A model generated the notes under the pieces. The model made no database searches. It saw nothing but the letters and a program-made list of their open reading frames with translations, and was not told the DNA's origin. From NCBI GenBank assembly GCA_016297915.1, contig JAEDFU010000005.1, forward strand, positions 5,546 through 69,545: 64,000 nucleotides of DNA, written 5' to 3'. The DNA comes from Clostridia bacterium. GTDB taxonomy: Bacteria; Bacillota; Clostridia; Christensenellales; UBA1242. Positions 17,852 to 28,619 of the stretch are shown one piece after another. Position 1 is the stretch's first letter; every line of letters starts with the position of its first letter. Both the position numbers and the translations under genes were made by a program.

Positions 17852-19237
17852 TTAAAATTCAACTTTGCTCGAAATATAACTGTCTAGTTCGTCGATACTA
17901 AGTCTGATTTGTTCCATTGTGTCTCTATCTCTTAGAGTTACTGTATTATCTTCGAGAGTATCAAAGTCAATTGTTACGCAATAAGGTGTTCCAATCTCGT
18001 CTTGTCTGCGATAACGCTTGCCAATAGAACCAGACTCATCGTAAGCACAATTAAACTTTTTGCCAAGTTTGCGATAAACTTCTCTTGCTTTGTCAGACAA
18101 CTTTTTGGACAAAGGTAGTATGGCTACTTTGTATGGAGCAAGAGCAGGGATTAGGTGCAAGACTACTCTTGTGTCGCCTTCGCCAACTTGCTCCTCATCA
18201 TAAGCATTACATAGGATTGTGAGGAACATTCTGTCTACACCAAGTGCAGGCTCTACAACATACGGAATATATTTTTCGTTTGTAATTGGGTCCAAGAACT
18301 CCATGTTCTCGCCACTAAACTTTTGGTGTTGTGTCAAGTCATAATCTGTTCTGTCGGCAATTCCCCAAAGTTCGCCCCAACCAAATGGGAACAAAAATTC
18401 AAAGTCGCAAGTTGCTTTGGAATAAAAACACAATTCCTCGGGACTATGATCTCTTTCTCTCAAGTTCTCTTTTTTGATGCCAAGGTCGTATAGCCATCTT
18501 CTCATTTCGTCTTTGTAAAATTTGAACCACTCCAAATCAGTGCCGGGTTTGCAAAAGAACTCAAGCTCCATTTGTTCAAATTCTCTTGTTCTAAAGATAA
18601 AGTTTCCAGGAGTAATTTCGTTACGGAAACTTCTGCCCATTTGTGCTATGCCAAAAGGCATTTTTGGACGCTCAGTTCTTACTACATTTTTGTAGTCAAC
18701 AAACATTGCTTGTGCAGTCTCAGGTCTCAAATAAACTTCGCTCTTGGAGTCCTCAGTAACACCCATAAAAGTCTTGAACATTAGGTTGAAGTTTCTAAGT
18801 CCTGTAAAGTTGCTTTTGCCACAATTAGGGCAAGGAACTTTGTGCTCTGCAATAAATTTTTCGAGTCCTTCGTTATTCAACTCTCCAACATTGATGTCCA
18901 GTCCAGATTTGATTGCATAGTCCTCAATAAGTTTGTCAGCACGATGTCTAGTTTTGCATTCTTTGCAGTCGATAAGTGGGTCAGAAAAACCAGCCAAGTG
19001 ACCGCTTGCTTGCCAAACTTTTGGGTTCATAATAATGCTTGCGTCAATTCCAATATTGTACTCGTTTTCGTGTACAAATCTCTTCCACCACAACTCTTTG
19101 ATGTTCTTTTTTAGTTCGCTTCCGATAGGGCCATAATCCCAGCTGTTTGCAAGTCCGCCATAAATTTCGCTACCAGGGAATACAAAACCTCTGTTCTTGC
19201 ATAGATTTACGATTTTGTCCATTGTTAAATTTGTCAT
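17852..19237 (-). CDS. glyQS: Glycine--tRNA ligase (class II, alpha2 type)
   Basis: [27 protein letters not shown]-terminus; about 461 aa. Confidence 0.9.
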   Translation of the reverse strand: MTNLTMDKIVNLCKNRGFVFPGSEIYGGLANSWDYGPIGSELKKNIKELWWKRFVHENEYNIGIDASIIMNPKVWQASGHLAGFSDPLIDCKECKTRHRADKLIEDYAIKSGLDINVGELNNEGLEKFIAEHKVPCPNCGKSNFTGLRNFNLMFKTFMGVTEDSKSEVYLRPETAQAMFVDYKNVVRTERPKMPFGIAQMGRSFRNEITPGNFIFRTREFEQMELEFFCKPGTDLEWFKFYKDEMRRWLYDLGIKKENLRERDHSPEELCFYSKATCDFEFLFPFGWGELWGIADRTDYDLTQHQKFSGENMEFLDPITNEKYIPYVVEPALGVDRMFLTILCNAYDEEQVGEGDTRVVLHLIPALAPYKVAILPLSKKLSDKAREVYRKLGKKFNCAYDESGSIGKRYRRQDEIGTPYCVTIDFDTLEDNTVTLRDRDTMEQIRLSIDELDSYISSKVEF

Positions 19238-19261
19238 ATATCTCTCTCCTTTTATTTACAA

Positions 19262-19535
19262 AAAAATCCCTAAAACCAAAAGATACTAATCACCTTGAGT
19301 GATTGCACAAATATTGGTTTTTAGGGACGATTGTTAACCGCGGTTCCACCCTAATTGATTAAATAATCCATCTTTTTAGTTTTTGACAAGAACTTTTTTT
19401 GAAACTTGGATATTCATTTGCAATATCTATTCCTCGCAAGTCGCCACTTTGCTTATATTAACGGAATTTGTTAGTTTTGGGATTTACTTATGTAAATTTC
19501 ATGCCAAGTATATCACTTAGAGTTTTTTTTTGCAA
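19262..19535 (-). promoter_or_regulatory. T-box riboswitch leader (glycine specifier) with terminator
   Basis: Minus strand reads AATTAGGGTGGAACCGCGG (T-box motif, about 19337-19356). Terminator CCCTAAAAACCAA...TTGGTTTTAGGG plus a U-run (19261-19326). Candidate specifier GGC (complement of 19443-19445) in AAAGUGGCGACUUGCGAGG. Stem I base CCUUGCAA pairs with UUGCGAGG. Confidence 0.8.
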
Positions 19536-19775
19536 GGCATTTTTGCAAATGCAACAATATTTATGTAATTTTTTTGACTGAAAACTCAAAGTTAGTATCA
19601 AAATGTTTGAAATTTAGATATACTTATGCTAATATATAAATATACTTTGATATAGCATAATTTATGTCCAAGTTATAGTAAAAAATAAAAGTATTAAGCC
19701 TAAAATTTACAAAAATCACTTAGCAAAGTCAAATTTGCTGAGTCTTAAAAAATATAATACAAAAAGGTAAAATAA

Positions 19776-22430
19776 ATGAGTACAACCAAAAAATCTGCAA
19801 CCAAAAAAACTCAAACTGCCAAAAAACATGTACACAAAAAGACAGAGAGTAGTGTTGAAGAAAAAAAGAAAAATACCCAAGATATCGAACAAGATACAAC
19901 ATCCAAAATTGAACAAGTTGAAAGTGATATGGGTGTTGTTACATCCGAGGTCGAGACCGAACATCAACCAAAACAAAAAAAGGAAGTTGTCATAAAGGCT
20001 CCTAGAATTATTCCTAAGGAAGAAGAGAAAAAATCTGTCAAGAAAAACAAGGAAAAACAAGTCGAGATCGAAAGATTTAATCCTCAAGTTAAGACAGGTC
20101 TTACAACTGAGCAAGTCTTGCAACGAAAAGAGCAAAAATTAACCAATATTGTTGACAAAAAGAATACAAAAACTTATAAGGCAATTATATTTAGCAACTT
20201 ATTTTCGTTTTTTAACTTGTTATGTTTGCTTGTAGCTATAGCATTGATATCCGTTGGTGCAATAGGCGATTGCTTGTTTATGTTTATAGTTTTGGCCAAT
20301 ACTCTTATTGGAATTATTCAAGAAATTAAGGCAAAAAAGACAATTGAAAAAATCAGCCTCGTCTCCTCTCCTACGGCACTGGTCATAAGAGATAAGATTG
20401 AAAACAAAATCCCAGTCAGCGACCTTGTGTTGGATGATATAATTGTCTTGCAAACAGGCAAACAAATTTGTGCGGATAGCATAGTTTTGGAAGGTTCTGT
20501 TGAGGTAAACGAGAGTTTGCTTACAGGTGAGAGTGTCGCTGTCAAAAAGAATAAGGGTGACATGCTATACTCTGGTAGCTTTGTTGTAGGTGGCAAATGT
20601 TACGCAAGAGTTGATAAAGTTGGCAATAACACATATACTGCCAAACTTGCCGCTCAAGCCAAACAGTACAAAAAACCAAAAAGCGAACTTATGGGAACGC
20701 TTAACACAATTATTACAGTAATTGGTATAATCATAATTCCGCTATCAATTTTGATGTTCAAAAACAACTATGATTTGCTTGGAAGTGATAATAGTACAGC
20801 CGAAATTATTAGGCGTACAGCAGGCTCAATGATTGGAATGATTCCAGCAGGAATGTTCTTGCTTACTTCCATGGCTTTGGCTGTAGGAGTTATCAAACTT
20901 GCCAAAAAGCGTACACTAGTTCAAGACTTGTATTCTATCGAAATGCTAGCAAGAACTGATGTACTTTGTCTAGACAAAACTGGCACAATCACTGACGGAA
21001 CAATGAAAGTTAGCAATGTTATTCAAATTAAGGCCGACCTTAAACATACGCTTGATCATTTGGTTGGCTCAATGCTAACAGCACTTGATGATAACAATCA
21101 AACAAGTCGTGCACTTATTACTCACTTTGGCTATTCCAAGGAACTCACAGCATCTCATGTGTTGCCATTTAATAGCACCAGAAAAATGAGTGGTGTAACA
21201 TTTAGCAACGGCGAAACATATGTATTTGGTGCACCTGAGTATGTTCTTAAGACCAAAAATGCACAAGTTGATAACTTAGTCAAGACATATGCAAGCAAGG
21301 GCTTTAGGGTACTATTATTTGCTCAATGTGACGGAAATCTCAAAGACGACAAAATCCCACCAAAGAGAGAGCCTGTTGCTGTTGTAGTTATTGAGGACCA
21401 TATCAGAGATGACGCTATGGAAACTATAGCATGGTTTAAGGAAAATGGCGTTGATATCAAGATTATTTCTGGTGATAACCCAATAACAGTTAGCGAAGTG
21501 AGTAGGCGTGTTGGAGTTGACAATGCTGATAAATACATAAGTCTTGAAGGACTTAGTCAGCAACAAGTAATAGACGCAGCCGACAACTATACAATCTTTG
21601 GAAGGGTTAGTCCTGAGCAAAAGTGTATACTTGTCAAAGCCCTCAAAGCCAAAGGCCACAAAGTAGCTATGACTGGTGATGGTGTCAATGATATTTTGGC
21701 ACTCAAAGAAGCCGACTGTAGCGTTGCTATGGCAAGTGGATCTGAGGCCACAAGACTTGTAAGTAACTTAGTGCTACTTGATAGTAACTTTTCTTCGATG
21801 CCATCGGTTGTAGCCGAGGGGCGTAGAGTTATTAATAATATCCAAAAATCTTCATCATTATTCTTGATGAAAACTATTTACACAATTTTGCTTTCAATAT
21901 TCTACATTATTATTGGAAGTTTGTATCCGTTTACAACCAAACAAGTATTGCTACTTGAAACACTTGTTATTGGAATTCCGTCGTTCTTCCTCGCTCTGCA
22001 ACCTAATAACGAAAAAATTCAGGGTAAATTTATATCCAACCTGCTCTCCAAATCTTTGCCTGGCGCATTGATACTATTTATTAATGTAATTGCTTGTTAT
22101 TTGTTTGATCTTGGCATCGGAACAAATGGTCAGTTCCAAACAATGGCATCTCTTGCAATAACTTTTGTAGGATTGCTTGTGCTATTTAGACTATGCAAAC
22201 CTTTTGATATCTTTAGAGGTATAATGTTTGCTTGCATGGTAACCTTGTGTGTTGTAGTACTTTCTGTAAGGTCGTGGGCAAGCTTCTTTGAGTATGTTCC
22301 ACTTAGTCTACAGAATATATTGTTTATTGTGTGTATAGTTGAAGCGTCATATCCTATTTATGATGCAATTGTCAAGGGACTTGACAAACTTATTTATTCC
22401 GGTGCTAAATCAACCAAAAAGGAAAACTAA
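19776..22430 (+). CDS. P-type (E1-E2, HAD-IC) cation-transporting ATPase with about 105-aa Lys/Glu-rich N-terminal extension
   Basis: DKTGTITDG phosphorylation motif; MTGDGVNDILALKEADCSVAM hinge; about 10 TM helices. The canonical N-domain starts near GLTTEQVLQRKEQ. Confidence 0.85.
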   Translation: MSTTKKSATKKTQTAKKHVHKKTESSVEEKKKNTQDIEQDTTSKIEQVESDMGVVTSEVETEHQPKQKKEVVIKAPRIIPKEEEKKSVKKNKEKQVEIERFNPQVKTGLTTEQVLQRKEQKLTNIVDKKNTKTYKAIIFSNLFSFFNLLCLLVAIALISVGAIGDCLFMFIVLANTLIGIIQEIKAKKTIEKISLVSSPTALVIRDKIENKIPVSDLVLDDIIVLQTGKQICADSIVLEGSVEVNESLLTGESVAVKKNKGDMLYSGSFVVGGKCYARVDKVGNNTYTAKLAAQAKQYKKPKSELMGTLNTIITVIGIIIIPLSILMFKNNYDLLGSDNSTAEIIRRTAGSMIGMIPAGMFLLTSMALAVGVIKLAKKRTLVQDLYSIEMLARTDVLCLDKTGTITDGTMKVSNVIQIKADLKHTLDHLVGSMLTALDDNNQTSRALITHFGYSKELTASHVLPFNSTRKMSGVTFSNGETYVFGAPEYVLKTKNAQVDNLVKTYASKGFRVLLFAQCDGNLKDDKIPPKREPVAVVVIEDHIRDDAMETIAWFKENGVDIKIISGDNPITVSEVSRRVGVDNADKYISLEGLSQQQVIDAADNYTIFGRVSPEQKCILVKALKAKGHKVAMTGDGVNDILALKEADCSVAMASGSEATRLVSNLVLLDSNFSSMPSVVAEGRRVINNIQKSSSLFLMKTIYTILLSIFYIIIGSLYPFTTKQVLLLETLVIGIPSFFLALQPNNEKIQGKFISNLLSKSLPGALILFINVIACYLFDLGIGTNGQFQTMASLAITFVGLLVLFRLCKPFDIFRGIMFACMVTLCVVVLSVRSWASFFEYVPLSLQNILFIVCIVEASYPIYDAIVKGLDKLIYSGAKSTKKEN

Positions 22431-23338
22431 TGAATAAATATATATCTGTAAATGCTATTGCCAAAAAAGAACAACAAAATTTGAACAAATTCGTCTTTGA
22501 TACCGAAAGTAGATATAGAGGACAACTATTTGCTTTGGCAGACAAAATTCTTGCCAAAAACAATGTCAAAATGGTTTTACTTTGTGGGCCTAGTTGTGCA
22601 GGAAAAACAACAACTGCCAAACTTTTGAAACAAATATTAGAACTCAAAGGTCGTGGAGTGGATGTAATATCCATGGATGATTTCTTTGTGGATTTGGACA
22701 AAAGAAAACCATTGCCAAACGGCAAACCTGACTACGATAGCCCAGATATCTTGGATTATGAACTCATGAAAGACTGTTTTTCTAGATACTTTAGGGGCGA
22801 AGATGTTAAGTTTCCAGAATATGACTTCAAAGAGAGCAGATCTTTGCGTGGGGTAAAACCTTACAAATACAAATTTAATTCAATTGTTATATTTGAGGGA
22901 ATTCATGTTCTTAATCCAAGAGTATTAGAGAGCCTTGGCACCTCTAATTACTTTAAGATTTATGTTAGTCCTTTGCAATCTTTCAAGGACGACAACTTTG
23001 CTTTGAGCTCCAAAAATCTAAGACTGCTTAGAAGATGTATTAGAGATATAGATAGACGAAATACTATGCCTCAAAAGACAATGGAAATTTGGCCAGAAGT
23101 CTTGGAGGTTGAGGAAAGATTTATCGAACCATTTAGAATAAAAGTTGATTACTATGTTGATACAATGCATGAGTACGAACTTGCAGTGTACAAATCCGAA
23201 GTAGATAGATTTGTGTCCGAAAATAGAGTGCGCGAAGGGGATATACCTTTTTATGATTTGTTCAAAAATCTTACTCCAATCTCAAAGTCAATGATCCCTG
23301 ATACATCTCTTATGTGGGAGTTTGTAACCAAAGATTAA
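22430..23338 (+). CDS. Uridine-kinase-family P-loop nucleoside kinase-like protein
   Basis: Walker A LLCGPSCAGKTTTAKLL; IVIFEGIHVLNP. The start overlaps the ATPase stop (TAATG). Confidence 0.55.
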   Translation: MNKYISVNAIAKKEQQNLNKFVFDTESRYRGQLFALADKILAKNNVKMVLLCGPSCAGKTTTAKLLKQILELKGRGVDVISMDDFFVDLDKRKPLPNGKPDYDSPDILDYELMKDCFSRYFRGEDVKFPEYDFKESRSLRGVKPYKYKFNSIVIFEGIHVLNPRVLESLGTSNYFKIYVSPLQSFKDDNFALSSKNLRLLRRCIRDIDRRNTMPQKTMEIWPEVLEVEERFIEPFRIKVDYYVDTMHEYELAVYKSEVDRFVSENRVREGDIPFYDLFKNLTPISKSMIPDTSLMWEFVTKD

Positions 23339-23356
23339 TCTATATAATTTACAAAA

Positions 23357-23384
23357 ATATCCAATTCAAAAGTTGGATATTTTT
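23357..23384 (+). terminator. Intrinsic terminator
   Basis: ATATCCAA-ttcaaaag-TTGGATAT followed by TTTT. Confidence 0.6.
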
Positions 23385-23385
23385 C

Positions 23386-23433
23386 TTTACAAACCATAAT
23401 ACTAGTGCTATACTATGCCTAGAACAAATGTTC
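23386..23433 (+). promoter_or_regulatory. dinB promoter (TTTACA-17-TATACT) with LexA/SOS (Cheo) box
   Basis: Hexamers at 23386-23391 and 23409-23414. AGAACAAATGTTCG at 23421-23434 contains GAAC-N4-GTTC (23422-23433) immediately downstream of the -10. Confidence 0.7.
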
Positions 23434-23459
23434 GAATATGCGAAAAGTGGGAGAATATT

Positions 23460-24710
23460 ATGGGGAGATTTATTTTGCACAGCGACTTAAATAACTTTTA
23501 TGCAAGCGTTGAGAGTCTGTATAACCCAAGTATTCGAAACAAGGCTATAGTCGTAGTTGGTGATGAGGAAAAGAGGCATGGTATTGTGCTTGCCAAAAAT
23601 TACATTGCCAAAGGGTATAACATCAAGACTGGAGATACGGTGTGGGAGGCTAGACAAAAATGCTGTGGAGAGCTTGTTTGTGTGCCTGCTAGGTTTGAAT
23701 TATACTTGTATATAAGTAGGCTCGTTAAGGATATATATAGGGAATATTCAGATAGAGTCGAAAGTTTTGGAATTGACGAGGCGTGGATAGATATCTCACA
23801 TCTAGCCCAGTCTTATGCTGATGCCGAAAAGATTGCAAATAATATCCGAAGCCGAATAATTGCCGAGATTGGTCTTACTGTTAGTATTGGCGTGAGTTAC
23901 AACAAGGTTTTTGCAAAACTCGGGAGCGATATCAAAAAGCCAAATGCTGTCACCACCATAACACAAGATAACTACAAGACCCTTGTGTGGGGGCTTCCGT
24001 GTGAGGATTTGCTTTATGTAGGTAGGGCGACAAAAAAGAAGTTTGAAAAAGCAGGTATCAAGACAATTGGAGACTTGGCAAATACAAATGTCAAGTATCT
24101 CAAACTTACTCTTGGCAAAATGGGACTGGTCTTGCATGACTTTGCTTGTGGGCTAGATAGTAGTGAGGTTACATCAATTCATCAGTCCGAAAAAATCAAA
24201 TCCTTTGGCAATAGTACAACCTGTCCGATAGACTTAAGTTGTAATGAGCAGGTCAAGAGTGTTATTTACTTGCTCGCAGAGAGTGTTGCTGAGAGAATGA
24301 AAAAAAAGGACGCATACGCAAGTTGTGTGGCCTTGTGGGTTAAGGATACAAATCTTAAGTCTTTTGAGAGGCAAATTTCACTTGCAAGCCCTACAAATGT
24401 GTCTGAGGACATCGCCAAGAATGCTTACAAATTGTTTGTGGAGAATTACGATTGGAATCTTGATGTTAGGGCTCTTGGAGTTAGGGTGACAAACTTGTGC
24501 GACGGCAAAATCCAGTATGATATCTTTAGCACTGGGGAAAACTTAGAGAAAATGCAAAAATTGGAATGTACAATCGAAAGTCTAAGGTCGAGATTTGGGT
24601 ATAATATAATTAGACGAGCAAATATTATGGAAAACGAAAAATTGGCAACTCTAAATCCAACAACTGAGACTCATATTATACATCCAGTGGGATTTTTTAG
24701 ACCAGTTTAA
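23460..24710 (+). CDS. dinB: Y-family DNA polymerase IV
   Basis: ILHSDLNNFYASVE and SIDEAWIDIS motifs. Start set at ATG 23460 (GGGAG RBS), because the track's 23415 start would read through the SOS box. Confidence 0.85.
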   Translation: MGRFILHSDLNNFYASVESLYNPSIRNKAIVVVGDEEKRHGIVLAKNYIAKGYNIKTGDTVWEARQKCCGELVCVPARFELYLYISRLVKDIYREYSDRVESFGIDEAWIDISHLAQSYADAEKIANNIRSRIIAEIGLTVSIGVSYNKVFAKLGSDIKKPNAVTTITQDNYKTLVWGLPCEDLLYVGRATKKKFEKAGIKTIGDLANTNVKYLKLTLGKMGLVLHDFACGLDSSEVTSIHQSEKIKSFGNSTTCPIDLSCNEQVKSVIYLLAESVAERMKKKDAYASCVALWVKDTNLKSFERQISLASPTNVSEDIAKNAYKLFVENYDWNLDVRALGVRVTNLCDGKIQYDIFSTGENLEKMQKLECTIESLRSRFGYNIIRRANIMENEKLATLNPTTETHIIHPVGFFRPV

Positions 24711-24731
24711 TTGGGGGAATGGTGGTTTTTT

Positions 24732-24959
24732 ATGAAAAAGTATGTCAAAGTTACTGTTGAAGTGAATGAAAATGGCGACAAAAAGCCTCTTTCTATTGAT
24801 TTTGACGGCAAAATATATAATATAGATAGAGTTATAGATAGCAAGCCTGCAGTGTCAATGAAAGTTGGTGGAGTGGGCATCAGATACACTATCCGCATTA
24901 ATGGGATTGAGACCTATCTATACAGTGAGCGAAACAAATGGTTCGTGGAAGAGAAGTAA
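24732..24959 (+). CDS. Small hypothetical protein coupled to dinB
   Basis: GGGGGAATGGTGG RBS-like stretch, then ATG 24732, 21 nt after the dinB stop. No motif recognised. Confidence 0.45.
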   Translation: MKKYVKVTVEVNENGDKKPLSIDFDGKIYNIDRVIDSKPAVSMKVGGVGIRYTIRINGIETYLYSERNKWFVEEK

Positions 24960-24988
24960 AAAGCATCCTTAATGGATGCTTTTTTTTA
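24957..24988. terminator. Bidirectional intrinsic terminator
   Basis: AAGCATCC-ttaat-GGATGCTT flanked by A- and T-runs. The T-run overlaps the stop of the convergent ABC exporter. Confidence 0.75.
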
Positions 24989-26767
24989 CTCCGCTTCGTC
25001 GGTTGGAATAAGCGATTGCTCTTTCTTTTGTTTATGATAAAGATTACGATATTGTTGGTTCTTTTTCATAAGCTCTTTGTGTGTTCCAAATGCTACAATT
25101 TTGCCTTTTTTGATAAAGTATATTGTATCGCAATCCTCAATTGTGCTAAGTCTATGTGCAATTGTGATAATTGTATGATCTTTTTTGAGGATGTCCACAT
25201 TGTCCATAACCTTTTCTTGACTAATATTATCTAGAGCACTTGTTGCCTCGTCAAAGATTAGGATTTTGCTATTTTTAAGTAGTGCTCTGGCTATGCAAAT
25301 TCGTTGTTTTTGTCCTCCGCTTAGCCTCGTTCCGCCTTCGCCCAAATAACTATCTAGTTTGAGGGGAAGTTCTTTGACAAAATCGTCGGCATTGGCGAGT
25401 TTTAGTGCGTGATAAATTTCTCTATCTGTTACATCAGGTTTGACCATTTGCATGTTTTCTCTTATTGTCATATTAAATACATAAGGGAATTGATTAATCA
25501 TACTAACATTTTTGCCAAAGGATTGGTCAAGGGTTAGACTGTCCACGCCGTCAAAATAAATTATTCCAGCTGTTGGATCGTATAGTTTGCAAATCAGCCC
25601 TACAATAGTTGATTTGCCACATCCGCTTTCACCTACAAATGCGACATGTGAATTTGGAACTATGCGAAAAGATACATTATCTAAAATTGTCTCTCCTCTC
25701 ACATACGAAAAAGTTACATTTTTAAATTCGATATTGCCCGCAAAGTTTTCAATTTTTGTTAGACCAAACTTGTCATGAGAGTACATTTTTTCGTCCATAA
25801 GTTCAAATACTCTGTGTGCATTAACTTCCATTTCCTTAAAGTGGTTTTGCAAATCTCCAAGTTGAACGGCAAAATCTATAACATTGTTTTTGTAAACATA
25901 TATAGTGTAAAAAATTGCAAGGTCTAGTTGACTAATTTTGATTAAGTAAATACAAATTCCGATAAAGGACAAATTGCATAGTGCACTTACAAAATTGGCC
26001 AAAGCGCAAAGTCCATATCCGACATACCATTCCTTGGTGTCTCTCTTCATATACTCAGTCTGCATAGAATTGACTCTTGAAAGCACTGAGGACGATAGTC
26101 CCAGAGTTTTGATATCCTTAATGCCTCTTACACTTTCTCCAATGAGTGAGTTAATCTTTTCGCCTTGACTCAAAACCTTTGGCTTGAGTTTGGCAAAATA
26201 GTGGATACGGATTTGATACACAAAATATCTAGTCAAGATAAATAGTATCAAAAAAAGTCCAATCCAAATATTTGTTATAGTTACATATACAATAAATCCA
26301 ATCTTGCTAATAAACGAAACAACAGTCTCGCTAATCTGCTTAAAAGATGTTGCAAGGGAGTCAAGGTCGGTTGTAAGTCTTGTAACAAATAGTCCATTGC
26401 CAAGATTTTCGTATTCGCCAATATTTATGTTAAATGAATTTTTCAAAACATCAAGCTTAACATCTCGTTTGACATAATTTTCTAGTTTTTTGAAAAACGG
26501 AACTCTTGACATTCCAAGTAGTATTTGGATAACCTCCAATCCAAAAAATACAAGAGCAAATTTCCAAGCGAGTGGAAAGTTTGTGTCAGCTGTCATGCTG
26601 GCAATGACTTTGCCAAGAACCATTGGCGAAAAAAAACTAATAACTGCACTCAGTACGAGCAGTAACCAAAACATAAAGCACAAAAATCTGTAATTCTGAA
26701 AATATCTTAAATACTTTTTGAGATTTTTGAAACCTTTTAACTTTTGTTTTTCCTCTAATTCTACCAT
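24986..26767 (-). CDS. ABC exporter, fused permease/ATPase (MsbA-like half transporter)
   Basis: Six TM helices; Walker A GESGCGKST; signature LSGGQKQR; Walker B ILIFDEATSALD. Confidence 0.85.
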   Translation of the reverse strand: MVELEEKQKLKGFKNLKKYLRYFQNYRFLCFMFWLLLVLSAVISFFSPMVLGKVIASMTADTNFPLAWKFALVFFGLEVIQILLGMSRVPFFKKLENYVKRDVKLDVLKNSFNINIGEYENLGNGLFVTRLTTDLDSLATSFKQISETVVSFISKIGFIVYVTITNIWIGLFLILFILTRYFVYQIRIHYFAKLKPKVLSQGEKINSLIGESVRGIKDIKTLGLSSSVLSRVNSMQTEYMKRDTKEWYVGYGLCALANFVSALCNLSFIGICIYLIKISQLDLAIFYTIYVYKNNVIDFAVQLGDLQNHFKEMEVNAHRVFELMDEKMYSHDKFGLTKIENFAGNIEFKNVTFSYVRGETILDNVSFRIVPNSHVAFVGESGCGKSTIVGLICKLYDPTAGIIYFDGVDSLTLDQSFGKNVSMINQFPYVFNMTIRENMQMVKPDVTDREIYHALKLANADDFVKELPLKLDSYLGEGGTRLSGGQKQRICIARALLKNSKILIFDEATSALDNISQEKVMDNVDILKKDHTIITIAHRLSTIEDCDTIYFIKKGKIVAFGTHKELMKKNQQYRNLYHKQKKEQSLIPTDEAE

Positions 26768-26929
26768 ACTTATATTTTACTTAATAGAATTAACTTTGGC
26801 AAGCAAAAAAATATTTTTAATTTATGCATAATAATTTTGTTTGTGCACACAATAAAAATAAGATAAGGATATAACCTTATCTTCTAGCGAGACTAGTGGC
26901 AAGGAGTTTTATCCTTGCCTTTTCTCGTT

Positions 26930-28414
26930 TTACTTAATTTCAACAATCTTGACTTTGCCATTAATCCACGATTCGAATACTGGTCTTAGGTTGCATTTTG
27001 CCCCTTTGCAAAATGCTTCAATCAGACTATCTGGGGTAGCAATTTTGAATTTGTTATCTTCAAAGTATGTTTGCAAACACTTGATAAATTTGTCTTTGCC
27101 AAGAACATCTTTGATGCTATCAAACATAAGCATACCCTTGACATAAGCTATGTATACATATTCGCTTTCGTTATTGTACTCGTTAAGCTTGCGGTTCATT
27201 GATGTATCAACGCTGTTAAAGACTTTGGTGTAAACATCTACAAATGTTACATAACTATTGGTTGTGTTTTTGATAAGTTCCTTGGTGTTGACATTGTAAC
27301 TAGGGTTTTCGTTATAAAAAAGTATTGTTGAATATTCAGTAAGCCCCTCGTCAAGCCAGCCATAATTAAACTCATTGTTTCCTATAATTCCGTACCACCA
27401 TTGGTGTGCAATCTCGTGAACAATTACATTGATATAATCACTCTGAACATCAACCATGTCAGATATGAGAACCAAGTTTGGATACTCCATTCCGCCATGT
27501 ACAAAGTCAGACTCAACTACGCTCAGTGTGCTATAAGGATACTTGCCAAATAGCTTGTTAAATGTGTTTACGGAGTCAACTGATGCCCTAATAGCTTCGT
27601 TAGGATATTGGTTGTTATAATAGTAGTAATTGACAGTAGTATCTCCAACTTTGTCACTAACTACATTGAATTTGTCAGAAAGTACCATTGCAAAATCTCT
27701 TACAGTCAATGCCTTGATATTATAATTTGTAGTATCATCGCTTACTTGTTTGTCTGTAATACTTCCGGTAGTTGCAAGTACCAAGTTGCTTGGGACATTT
27801 AGATTTACATTGTAATTGGCAACCTCAGAATAAAATGGATCGCCATTGTAGTGATAACTATCAATGACAAAATTTCCATTTTCGTACATGCATGCTATAG
27901 GGTAAAAGTTTGCGATATTGATTGTGTCATCTCCGTATCCAAATCTGTGATTTATATTAGGAATGGTGACTGTGTATTCAAAGTAGATATCTATATCATT
28001 TCCGGGCTCTAGAGTCTTATTTAATTTTACATTGGCAATGTCCTCATCGTTTCCAGTAATCTCGATATCTATTGGATTTCCATTGACGCTAATTTTGGAA
28101 ATCTTTAAGTCACCATAGGAAGAGCCATAACTATAACATTTTTTGTAGTTCAACGAACTTACGACACTGGACTTTGCTCCAAGTCTAAAGCTTTGAGGAT
28201 ACAAGTGAAACATAACATTTTCCAGTGTTGTATCTGTTCTATTTTTGTAGTTTACAGTTTGTTTGCAAGACAGGGTGTGATCCTCGTTGTAAGTTACATC
28301 AATTGTGTAGGTGGATAGATTTTTTGAGTAACTAGTAACTTCGTCTTTGTTACATCCAGTTGCCAAAAAAATAAGTGGCAACAAAAGTAAAAATAAATAT
28401 TTTTTGAATTTCAT
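26930..28414 (-). CDS. M1-family (gluzincin) aminopeptidase lipoprotein
   Basis: Lipobox LATGC. HEIAHQWWYG followed by WLDEGLTEY (HExxH-18-E). Confidence 0.8.
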   Translation of the reverse strand: MKFKKYLFLLLLPLIFLATGCNKDEVTSYSKNLSTYTIDVTYNEDHTLSCKQTVNYKNRTDTTLENVMFHLYPQSFRLGAKSSVVSSLNYKKCYSYGSSYGDLKISKISVNGNPIDIEITGNDEDIANVKLNKTLEPGNDIDIYFEYTVTIPNINHRFGYGDDTINIANFYPIACMYENGNFVIDSYHYNGDPFYSEVANYNVNLNVPSNLVLATTGSITDKQVSDDTTNYNIKALTVRDFAMVLSDKFNVVSDKVGDTTVNYYYYNNQYPNEAIRASVDSVNTFNKLFGKYPYSTLSVVESDFVHGGMEYPNLVLISDMVDVQSDYINVIVHEIAHQWWYGIIGNNEFNYGWLDEGLTEYSTILFYNENPSYNVNTKELIKNTTNSYVTFVDVYTKVFNSVDTSMNRKLNEYNNESEYVYIAYVKGMLMFDSIKDVLGKDKFIKCLQTYFEDNKFKIATPDSLIEAFCKGAKCNLRPVFESWINGKVKIVEIK

Positions 28415-28619
28415 AATTTCTCCTCTGAAATTTTTTGAATGTTGGATTTTTCTAAAACATGTATATTACTGCAAATCCAAAATTATGCTAAACTCCAAAT
28501 TCAATTGAGCAAACACCAAAAAATATTTAACAAATAAGTTAATTTTGTGTAATAATATTTATGATTATTCAAATAATTTGCTCTGTACTGATTTTTTTAG
28601 CTTTGAATAAATTTAACTC

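Noticed and set aside
19716-20135. 139-aa minus-strand ORF opposite the ATPase N-terminus. Also the + strand ORFs 39262-39679 opposite the DUF378 gene and the 51110-51837 ORFs opposite or overlapping the ricT tail.
   Set aside because: These are mirror images of Lys/Glu-rich coding (AAR/GAR), which reads as Phe/Leu-rich (YTT/YTC) on the other strand. This is a composition artefact.
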